Shown piece after piece: positions 40,826-51,656 of a stretch of DNA of 64,000 bases (within the stretch, counting starts at the first letter, position 1; every line of letters starts with the position of its first letter). The notes under the pieces are model-generated. The model had not been told where the DNA came from. It saw nothing but the letters and a program-made list of their open reading frames with translations, and did no database searches. Source of the DNA: Marsupella aquatica (lineage: Eukaryota > Plantae > Marchantiophyta); the NCBI GenBank assembly GCA_973895155.1, contig OZ316891.1:24055899-24119898 (forward strand), written 5' to 3'. Position numbers and translations under genes: made by a program.

Positions 40826-41350
40826 AGGCCTGGGGAGAGGAAATTGGCAAAGTTCGTGGGAGGGAGGAGAAATTTTTGAAGGCCAGGGGAGGGATGCAAA
40901 ATTGGCAAAGGCCGGGGGGAGGACAAATTGTCAAGGCGCAGCCGGGGGCGCGGGGAAGAAGCGCCGGCCTCGGGGAGGGGAATTACTCGAAGCACCGGCC
41001 AAGGGAGGAAAAATTGGCAAAGGCCTGGGGGAGGAAATAGTGTCGAGGCGCAGGCCGGGGGGAGGAAAAAGTGTCGAGGCCGGGGGGAGGAAAACGTGTG
41101 GAGGCCGGGGGGAGAAAATTGTCGAGGTCGGGGGGAGGAAAATGTTTGGAGGCCGGGGGGAGGAAAAAGTGTCGAGGCCGAGGGGAGGAAAATAGTCGAA
41201 GCGCCAGGGGAGGAAGAAATTGGCGAAGGCTGGGGGGGAGGAAGAAATTGGCTAAGGCCGGGGGGAGGAAAATTGTCGAGGCGCTGCGAGGGAGGGAGCA
41301 ATAGTCAAAGGCCGAGAGAGGGAGCTTTAGTCAAAGGCCTGGGGAGGATC
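40826..41350. repeat. G/purine-rich ~22-bp degenerate tandem repeat
   Basis: Repeated GAGGCCGGGGGGAGGAAAA(TT/GT)GTC-like units with strong strand asymmetry. Confidence 0.85.
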
Positions 41351-41651
41351 GACCATTGCCAAAGGGATAAGGTCCAAATTGGGGAGGACATTGCAAACGA
41401 CATTAAGTGGGGAGGGGTCAATCAGCTTAGGCATCTGCCAGCCTGGAGGTGAAGGAGATAAGCTAAGCCAAAATCAGGGATAAAAATACCAGTGACACTC
41501 TTCTAAGCGGGAACAACAGGCGCTGCAAATTCAACTTCCGACTCCACTGTCAAGGTAAGAACCTTGCTTCATGAAATCATGAATCTGAATTCTGCAACTG
41601 AACTTGAAAAACAAATAGAGTTGACTTTGCATTGTTGGACTTGATTTCAAG

Positions 41652-44600
41652 AAGTCGGAATGGTTGAACCAAAATCACAGGAGAAGGTGTTAGACGCTAT
41701 TTTTGTTGAGCATCCTTTGATAGATTTTGGAAACTCTTCCTGGACAATATCATTGGGTACAAAATCGTGGAAGAAGCCTTTTTTGATGTTGTGATCTACG
41801 AGACCTTGCCTTCTGGAGGTCTTGGTTGGGTGAATTATGGCCGGATTGATGTCTTTCGACAAGGGGCTGATGTCCTCAATATGCTTATCACAACAAAGGA
41901 GACATCTACACTGATTGCAGTTGACAGTGAGAGATTTTCTGGAAGAGCTGCACATTGTTACTTGCCTGATGACATTGAGATGATTATTGAGAAGGTGAAG
42001 AATCTGTCTGTAGAAGAAAGCTACGATGAGATTGCAGAGCTCATTGCTGGTTTTGTGTTTGAACATCATGCCAGCACATTGAAGAGTGCAATTCGAAAGT
42101 CTAGGGAGATTCTTCGAAAAGCAGCAGAGAAGAGTGCCAGTGCCCATCCACCAAAGTCTGGTCCTTCTTCTGCTCCTTCCGGATCTTGTCCAAGTTCTGT
42201 CCCAACGAGAAAGATGGTTGTTACATCTCCAATATCTGGTGCTGGTTCACAAATTGCAAGATCACAAGAGGGGACAACTGTGACTGGAGGATCAACACAG
42301 GGCACTGCCGGTGCTCGGACTTCATCAAAGAAACGTGGACCAGAGGGTTCTCAAGGTGCAAGACCAAGTCCACCAAAGTCCAAGAAGCAGACGTTGGAAA
42401 AAGTCCCCACTCATCTGGAGCAGAAGGCTCAATCTATGTCTATGGATGCTCGGGTGGTGTACCAGGAAGGGATTTTGATGAGGTGTGGAGTTCAAGAGGA
42501 GACAATCACAATTGACATTGCACAACTTCACCCACCTGTCCGGGAGAAATCTTTGGAGTTGCCAGTGTACCAAGTAAGGCATATCCAACCCTACTTTCTT
42601 ACACAGTTGACAACAAGGATGAAAGCAGCTGGAGCTAGTCCATTGGCAGCACCTTTTGTTCTCTTGGTTGATCCCAAGGAGTGCCCAACTCGAGCTGATT
42701 TTGATTTCTCAAAAAAGAATGATTACCACTATTACGTGATTGGGGGAAATCATTCTGCTTGTGCAAAGGTAGACCCGGCATTACAATTTCCCAACAACAA
42801 GTCGTACAGGAGAGTGCAATCTTGGATCTTTGCAGGCTTGTCTATCCAGGAAGCAAGGAACTTAGCTTGGAGTCATAATATAGACTCTGAATTTTGTCAA
42901 CAAATGAGCACCATCCAAAGAGTGAATTACATTCACATGCAATTTGTAGAGAATGGAGCATCATCAAATGTTGATTTCAAGGAGTGTGCCACTGAAATCA
43001 ATCTAAAGGACTGGGGTGTACGTAAAGATTCTGAGGTTCTGAATGCCAATGATAATTTATTTCAATTGGCATTTCGTAAGGATCTTGTTTGGTCTTTCAT
43101 ACGGCAGATCTTTGACAGATGGGAGAATTGTGAGATAAAAGGACAGAAAGGAGATAAGACCAAGAAAAAAGATGTCCAAGTCTGGAGATGCTAAAATGCT
43201 ATGTGAGGATATGAAGTTGACTGAGTGGAGACACATGCAGGCATTGAAAGATCCGGACATGATCTGTCCAGTGCTACAAAGGGTTTTGGCAAAGGAATCA
43301 TCTCTTCAAGAGATGGGACAGGAATTTCAATGACACAAATTTCAAATGCAAGTTCAAAAAGCATTTCTTACCTGTCTTCACGCAGAGAGTTGGAAGAATT
43401 GCAAAACCAAGTACCCAGAACACTGCACTGATAATGTGCTGTAGAATTTTGTTCCTGTCTTCCAGACTTGGGTAAGTTTATTTGAGATTGACTGAGCATT
43501 TGTTTTACAGTTTTATTCTTAAGTATGTAGGAATCTCATGTACCCAATTTTGTTTTCTCAGAAAGACAGCAGCTCCCGGAAAAAGAAGGGAGAGAATGAA
43601 GAAAGCAAAGAGTTGAAGTCCTTCCCAGATAAGTTCAATGCACATATTGCACAAGCACAGAACTGGTTGGCAATGAAGAAATCTTGCCAAGAGACCCACG
43701 GAAGTGAACTTCATCCTAATGCTTTTGAGCATCCACAGTTTGGGGATGTGTACTATGATATATCTTTACACACGATGCTTAGCGGTTGCACGAGGTAATC
43801 CCATCACGAGCTTACACATTGGCTTTGGCAGATATTCCTTATGGGTTTGGAATGACTGCTTGTCTTCACGAAGACAATGTTGGATGGGGTGTGGAAGAGG
43901 TGACCAAGATGGTTCAGTCCTTCAAGGTTGTCACCAAGGCAAATCTTTGGCAAATTATCATTCATCATAGTATTGACCAGTATGATGTTGTCAAGACTGT
44001 CTTGAAAGCTGAGTGTAATGGTGGTTTCCAGAATTATATTTGGTAAGAAACATTTCAAAAGGTGAATAATTTTTTTTGGTGTTCATGATTTCATGATGTT
44101 TGATTTTGAAACAAATCCATAATGCAAGTTTTGGTTTTTGCAGGGTGAAAGACAATGTTAAGAATGCAGGAGGTGCAAGGCTTAACAGCAATTTTGAGTG
44201 TTTCACCATTGGCTTTCATAGTCAGGATGGGAAACGGTCTTTGGAGCATTTCAATTTTGAGACTAATGAGTCTCAAAATAATGTGGTTGTGTGTCCAGCT
44301 GTGACCAGTAAGTTGAAACACAACGGGGACAATAAGATGGTGAACTCTTACCAGAAGCCAAGAGTGTTATTGGATTGGGAAGTTACCCACTTTAGCCAGG
44401 TTGGAGACTGGGTGCTAGATATTTGTTCAGGGTCAGGCACAGGATTGTCTTCCTCTTTGGCACAAGGAAGACATTGTGTTGCTGTAGAAATTGATGAGCG
44501 CCAGAGCAGTGTCTTGAAAGGGAGAATTCTAAACCTGGTGGACAACATTGAGGAAGATGATGGCAAAGACATGGTGGATTTAGATGTTGATGTTCAAGAG

Positions 44601-44702
44601 ACCATTCTACCAATACCAGAGATAGGAGTTGGAGAGGAGGAAATCATAGGACTTGACTCTTCAGGAGTTGTTGGAAGTGTTGAGGAAACAAGAGATCATT
44701 AG
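41652..44702 (+). pseudogene. ParB-like domain + beta-class N6/N4 DNA methyltransferase (element A cargo), spliced, degraded
   Basis: ParB/Srx-like 'PFVLLVDP...YYVIGGNHS...AWSHNID'. MTase motif IV LALADIPYG precedes YQKP...FSQVGDWVLDICSGSGT...GRHCVAVEID (motif I). GT-AG introns 43472-43561 and 44043-44143 (W|VK). Start uncertain; stops and frameshifts. Confidence 0.85.
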
Positions 44703-44999
44703 CTAAGGATATTTCTGTAAGACATTTTAGGGTTGTTGTAGTTGCATAGAAGTAGACTTTACTTGCAAGTTTTGAGATGTCAATGGCCTTGGAGCCTAGA
44801 CTATGATATAAATGATTGTTTTTGACAGGTCAATTCTATGAAAATCAAGTTTTGAATATGTTTTGTCTCAAACATTGACGTAAAGTCTAGTTTAAAATGC
44901 AAAAGGTGAATGTCAAACAAATATGCTGATTTTATTGCTTGTTTTAGGACTGCATTTCTAAAAATCATAATTTTTTGGAAAAAGGAATTAAGGCCTTAG

Positions 45000-45023
45000 A
45001 CCCATCCTTTAAGGCTTCTTGTT
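45000..45023 (-). repeat. Right TIR of element A
   Basis: Reverse complement of 7369-7392; followed by TSD CTAT. Confidence 0.88.
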
Positions 45024-46261
45024 CTATAACTTGCATATTATAAGTCTTCACGCCTCCGGCTTTTGGTTGTTTTGTTATATTTATGGACCCCCATTAGAGG
45101 TCCTTTCCAAAATTCCTGGCTCCACAGCGCGCCACATCATCATGGCATGCCGCAAACAGGAAGGGACTTGTTTTTGGATAAAATTAACTTCTACATTCAT
45201 GTTTGTGACAACTTTGCTGTAAAAACTGGGACACCATGTCATAAAAAAGAATGTAAAAACAACTGACATGCAAATCAAAAGACAAAAAGACTGAGGTAAA
45301 AATGTTCCCAATAACGGTTTTATTTCCATTTTGATTTTATTCAAAACATGAAATTTTCCCAACAACAATCTTCAATTTGACATTGTTGAGTCAAACCATA
45401 ATGAAAATCCATGTATAATATGGCATTGGAAAGATCTTGAAGAGACGGTCCTGATGAGCTTAGCATTGGCACCATTTGATAAGAATTGAGTAAATAATTT
45501 GAAAAATAGATGTTACCGATGATTTCATAATCTCTAATGCGAATAGAAATTTTTGTTGTACAACACCTGAAATGTTGACCCCTTCCATGAGAATGAACCT
45601 AAAGTTGACAAATTTTATCAAATACTAAGGAGATCATGAATTTTAGAATTTCTTTAGCTTTTAAATGAAGTTAACTTGATAGATTTAGTTGAGTTTTGAG
45701 GAGATTATAAGTTTCCAATGTTCTCTAAACACGGTGACGGACCAAACGAGAAGTGTGAAGCCTAATGGAGAAGGGTGTTTTCAATTTTGATCGATTCTCA
45801 TCGATTTTCACAATGTGCGCGACACATTTCTCAAAAAATCAATGATTTTTGCAAAACCGACTAATTCGTATCGTTCCCAACTTCGCAAGGAATGATGGCT
45901 TCATCCCAAATTGTGAATTTCAATATCCTCACTAACTTCAAACATTTTCATTGCGACAATAGAACCCAGAAATATTTCCATTTTGGTTAGATTTTGAAAA
46001 TAGAACTTTTGGTTACAAGGAAAACAGATCAAGAAAACAAAACTATTCAAATTTGTTTGCCGTTTCTTTCATAAAACAAAGGTTTTGAAATATTTACCAC
46101 ATTCTAATATTTTTTTACATCAAAGTTCACCACACAGTCAGCTAAAGTTACCTCGCAGTTCACCACGTAGTTTGAAAAATTTCATTGCCAACGTTGAAAC
46201 AAGAATACAAATGGCAATGTCCATTTGCAATTCTTCCGGACTCATTTCTTAGTCCTTCCTC

Positions 46262-46810
46262 TAGCAAACCGGTGTCGCTCTTCCTCCCGGTTCACCTGTA
46301 ATCCTCACTCAAATACAGTCCGCGATACTGGTATCGCTCTTCCTCCTTGACCACCTATAAACACCACTCCAATACAGACCGCGATACTGGTATCGCTCTT
46401 CCTCCTTGACCACCTATAAACACCACTCCAATACAGACCGCGATACTGGTATCGCTCTTCCTCCTTGACCACCTATAAACACCACTCCAATACAGACCGC
46501 GATACTGGTATCGCTCTTCCTCCTTGACCACCTATAAACACCACTACAATACAGACCGCGATACTGGTATCGCTCTTCCTCCTTGACCACCTATAAACAC
46601 CACTCCAATACAAACCGTGATACCGGTATCTCTCTTCCTCCTTGACCACCTGTAAACACCACTCCAATACAGACCGTGATACCGGTATAGCTTTTTCTCC
46701 CAACAACCTTTAATGCCAATCCAATAAACATAACAATACCGGTATTTTGTCATCCTCCAGGATCACATTTAAATGACTCCAATGCAAACAGTGATACTGG
46801 TATTGCCATT
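46262..46810. repeat. 59-bp tandem array (~7 good + degenerate copies) within element B
   Basis: Unit CGCGATACTGGTATCGCTCTTCCTCCTTGACCACCTATAAACACCACTCCAATACAGAC. GATAC at 46324, 46383, 46442, 46501, 46560, 46619, 46678. Confidence 0.95.
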
Positions 46811-47141
46811 CACCATTTTTAACCACCTTAATTTAAATGTTCCTCAAATTCAAACATTAATTCCAAACTCAGATACAGGGATCAATTATGGAGGCCCAAC
46901 TTTGGATTATTTTGTTGTTTAGCAGGAGCCAATCAGAAATTGCCACGTAAATCTTCCGCCGCCGTGACTATCAAAGTGCGGACGCTCAAGTTATCGAACT
47001 TCATTCCATTAGAGGTCGGGAGTCATTTTTGCTGTCTAGATCTCTCTGCTCCCTATCTCTCTTCCCTAAGTTCATGAGACAAGCTTTGCAACACTAGGTT
47101 CAAGAGACGAATGTGAACTGCCATAGAGTTTTTGATTCATC

Positions 47142-50100
47142 ATGTCTCATACATCTGATTCCCAAGAGAGTTGTGCGGAGTCATCTCCTAATGTTTGAAC
47201 ACGATTTCTACCTTCTCATATCTTGAAGAAGCTTTCCCCGTCCCAGCGTGTCATACCCGAACTCTTGGATTCTGGTTCAGACTCAGATGGTGGTTCTACG
47301 CCAGAGATAGGGTCTTATTATGTCTCCCCTAGTAAGCCAGATAAACGACGTCTACTGAGTGTTCCTCGACCAGGAATAGAGAAACTTTCAATACTAGGTT
47401 TGGGAGCTCGACGCTGTTATAAACCATCCATTCCCGGATATGGAGAAGGAATCCAAAGAACGATACGGGTATCGGCGTCAGGATTGGATCCAAGAAATTC
47501 AGTGAGCACTAGCTCTCAGGTGCAAAGGAGGATTTTTTGAGAGCCAACGGAGTCGCAAATACCAAAGGCAATACGCGTATCGCCTTGAGCATTGCCAGTG
47601 TTGGGGCGGACATCCACTGATAGGGTGGCTTTCATGGGACTCCAAAGTCCTATCTCCGCTCAATCTTGAATGCTTCGAGGAAAGTGTATGCAGAGACTTT
47701 GAATCTTGTCCAAATGAGGATAATGGTCCTAAAGAGAATAGTCCACAAACAATGCCAGTTCAGACGGGTACTGTTTCAAGATTTCCAGTTAGAAGGTATG
47801 GGTTACCTAGGGTAGGTATTTCTCGTAATGCAATAGTTCGAGTCAAGTTTAGAGAACCCAGAACTCCAATTGTATGTTCTGAATCTTCTGATGATTCCAG
47901 TGATGAAGAAAGTTTGGAAGATGTCTCTGTACACGATAGAGAGTCTGAAGTAATTGCACAAGTTGTGTCAAAATGTTTAGAAGCTGATGATGGAGGCGAT
48001 GAGCCACAGAGTAGCTATAGCCACCATTTCAGTGAGCCAAACACTGACAATGAGGACGTCATCGAAGAGGTTTGTGAAGACCGTGGAAGCAATGATTCGA
48101 CAAGGGAATTTCAGGATAGGGTGAAACTGAAAGTCCCTAGTAAGAAACATAGGGATAGGATAGCCAAGAAAGACACTGTTACAAGTGAGAATTTAAAGAG
48201 GAGAAAAATGAAAGAAGTGTTCAAGTATCCATGTTGTGACAATATGTGTTTGAGGACTTTCGGTTTACTTGAAGTAACAAAAGAGCGTACCTATTATTTT
48301 GGCCTGACCCGTGGAGAGAAGAATATACTTCTAAGAGGATGCGTTCGGAATAACCAGAGTGGGTCATGCGGGTATAGTGTGTCTGGAAACTCTTTTTGTT
48401 GAGAAGGTTTTAAGAAATTATTTTCAATTGGCAATAATTGCCTTCAAAGGATAACCCAAAATATGTTCTCTCGTATCGAGAACAATGTATTTTGTAGAGA
48501 AAAATCCTCCACTCATCTTACTTTAATAGAGCAGTTAAATGATTTTTTTAGGAGTAACGTTGAAAGACTTCCCAATAAGGAAATTTTTCATTTGCCTGAC
48601 AATTGGACGAAAGCTGAAGTCTTTGATGCCTTCTGAACTGAAACTCTGTTGCGCCAAGAACAAGGGGTTACATATTCTTGGTTCTGTCGGACATGGAAGC
48701 AACATTTTCCTCGAGTTTGTATTCCAAAAAGAAGTCATTTTTCAACTTGCGGTCCATGCACAGAATTCAAAGCTCTCCGTGACAAAGCTACGCTCAAATC
48801 AGAGAAAAGTAAGTTTTTGTTTTATCCATATGAATTGGAATTGGATGTGTTATTGAGCTTAGAATAACAAAACCTATAAATTTATAGGTCTTGGCATTGG
48901 AAGATGGTTTTTGCCACACACCTCAAAATGCCAATAGACCAGCAGTCTAGTGTTGCAATAATGTTTTTATAATAACTTTGTTACCGATTTGATATTGCTC
49001 AGGTAAGTATGCTATGTTGTTGAAAAAGCATCGCCCAGCGCAAGGAGTCGAGCGGGAGAAATTAGCAAAGCACCGGAATAAATGTTACAAGCACCCAAAA
49101 AAGTACTTGGGGATATGTATTGATGGGATGGACCAAAAGAAGACGGAGTTACCGCACTTCACCAGATGTCCAAAAAACATGGATGAGAAATATTTTATTT
49201 CTGTTCATGTGGTGGGCAGTTTGATATTCAATGGTCAGTTGAAGGCCAAGGTATATCTCAATTACCCTAATATTCACAATGACTCTAACCTTACAATCCA
49301 TGTTATTCAGAATATTTTGAATACTTGGGAGGGAGCGCTACCTCCGGTGCTATATTTACAGTTGGATAACACTGCTCGGGAGAACAAGAATAAATTCTTG
49401 TTTGCTTACTTAAATATGCTTGTAGAGTTGGGGGTTTTCCAGAAGATCAAGGTTGGATTTCTGCTGGTTGGCCACACACATGATCAGATAGACCAAATGT
49501 TCAGCAAATTTTCCTCAAAACTGAACAAACGCAAAGCTTTCCGTGTGGATACTCTTGTACGTTGACATTATACAGGGTTTGTACAATCCCAAAGCTGAGA
49601 TAATATTTGTAGAAGAAGCAGCGGATTTTCAGAAGTTTGTGAGCGATAAAGATCAACCCAACAGGACTGGGGCAACCGGGCATGTTTTGCAACCACTTCA
49701 TCAGATCAGTTTTCAAAAGCAATTCCAAATAAAACGTGTGATTGGGGAAAATGGAATTCCAAAATTTTTGTTTCATGCCAAACACATTTCAACAACCCCA
49801 AGTTGGGGTGATCCCGTGGAGTTTGTGAACTACATCCCAACAACCACATTCTGGGTTGCACCTCAGATGGCGTTGGAAAGCACCAATGGAGGGGACGGAG
49901 ACGCTACTGGTGAAGTAGAAAGAGAAACATTGGAGAAATATCGGAAAGCGATTGAGGAGGGATTCAATTATTTTGACGACAAGGATAAGTTGTGGTGGCT
50001 GAATTTCTTTGACAAACAGAAAGATGTCATCCAAAATCACCTAAAGCCAGCACAGTGGATGTTTGATTGGGTCTGGCCAAAATCAAACGAGCATCGAGAG

Positions 50101-50597
50101 ACCCTAGTGATGGATGGGAGGGCGCCTACAATTGAACCTGATCTCATTGAGAAAATTGCAGGTCCAGAGAGGCCATGTACTCTGGAGCTTGGAAGAGGAT
50201 TTCCGAGGTAGGAGATTTTAAAGATCTTGAAGTAAATAACAAATATTCAATGATTTGTGTTGCAGCCCATGCAGATCAAAATGGGAGGCCTTTTTGGATG
50301 GCAAAGGTTACCAAAATACTGACCAAGGTTGATGAAGTGCCTGACAATATTGGTATCATATGGTACACGATGGATTTTGAGGAGCTGTCAGCAATTGAAG
50401 GAAAATATTATCCTGAGAAGGAAGCATCATCAAACAAAGCTCTGCATGGAGAGATCTGCCTTTCTGAAACTGCAATTTATGCCTACAATTTTTCTTTGAA
50501 TGCAAACAACACCTTGCCAGCAAAAACACAAAGAATTATTCAGGCAGCCATGCTAGATGTACAGAAATTTTGTAGTTGTAACAAATGTGGTTTTTGA
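47142..50597 (+). pseudogene. Element B transposase (Sola1-like DDD), degraded
   Basis: YPCCDNMC, IPKRSHFSTCGPC, CIDGMDQ, QLDNTARENKN, VGHTHDQIDQMFS and a C-terminal FWMAKV domain. Probable intron ~48810-49002; stops and frameshifts. Confidence 0.88.
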
Positions 50598-51656
50598 TAT
50601 TGGTATCATAAATAGTATTTATTATAAAGAAGCGGCTTTTTTTTGGACATATTGTTGAATGGTAATGTATTTTAGTGTCGAATGTGTACCAATACCTTAT
50701 AGTGAAAATAAATTTCCGTCGAGAAAAATTAGTATCTCTCACACATGTAAAAAGATGACTACAAAAACCAGATACGATACCTGTATCGCTCCTCGCTTTG
50801 TTGTGTACCGATTGCCATATAAACCGTGTACAAAAACAATAACTTACCAAATGACAAACAAGCCATCTTCAAGCCACTAAATGTGGTTACTTTGTTCCGA
50901 AAGCTTGCCTTCGTGAGATTGAATGCAAGATCGAGTTCACAAATATTAATGGACTGGATATTGCATTCGCAATCTCGAGAAGGTATGTTTTTGGAGCTGT
51001 TTAGAGAAAACCCAAAATGGGGTCATATTCATAGTATTGCATTGCATAATGATACTCTGAATAGCATCAATGATGAAGTTACCTCAGACGTTTAAAAACA
51101 TCTGAGGTACAAACATCGTCAATTTTATAGTTTCCATTGTATTTTTTGTTGTTTTGTGCCTTGCACACATCAGTTTGATGGTTGTTGACTAACAAACCAA
51201 CTGCCCTCTTGTAAAAATGTAAACATAACTCATGTAGACTGTCTTGACAACCTCTGTGCTTTGGATATAATGATCCATTGCACAGAAGTTGTCTAGACAA
51301 TTTACACAAGTTCACATTTAGTAATCACCCTGAATTTTCTTGATGGACTACTGAAGTTTGAGTTGCATAGAAAGTTTCGCACTATTTCACTCGACAGAAA
51401 ACAGTCCCACATTAGTTTAGAATAGACATCCAAAGTGCAGTTTGGGTTCTATTTGATTCCTTCTCCGTTTGGAATATGATTTCCAATACTGGTATCGCAA
51501 GTAGTATTTATCATCTAGAAAGTGTACATACTAATATAAAGCTACAAATGATATTCCAGATACTGGTATCAGATTTAATATTTACTAAGTACAAATCCCA
51601 TGTAGCTCTAATAATGACAACTAAGAGTGGCATATTACATAATGTTTTATTTAACT

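Larger units (their letters stand above)
7369..45023. mobile_element. DNA transposon A (Sola1-like) carrying transposase + ParB-methyltransferase; native length ~9.3 kb
   Basis: 24-bp TIRs AACACGAAGCCTTAAAGGATGGGT (7369-7392) and ACCCATCCTTTAAGGCTTCTTGTT (45000-45023), 1 mismatch. 4-bp TSD CTAT (7365-7368, 45024-45027). Four nested insertions, each with a 5-bp TSD. Confidence 0.88.

Noticed and set aside
40737-41452. Several overlapping Gly/Arg- or Pro-rich ORFs
   Set aside because: They are by-products of the stop-poor G-rich tandem repeat; no domain evidence.
46262-46810. CRISPR-like array
   Set aside because: Units are contiguous near-identical 59-mers with no unique spacers, no cas genes are present, and the context is eukaryotic.
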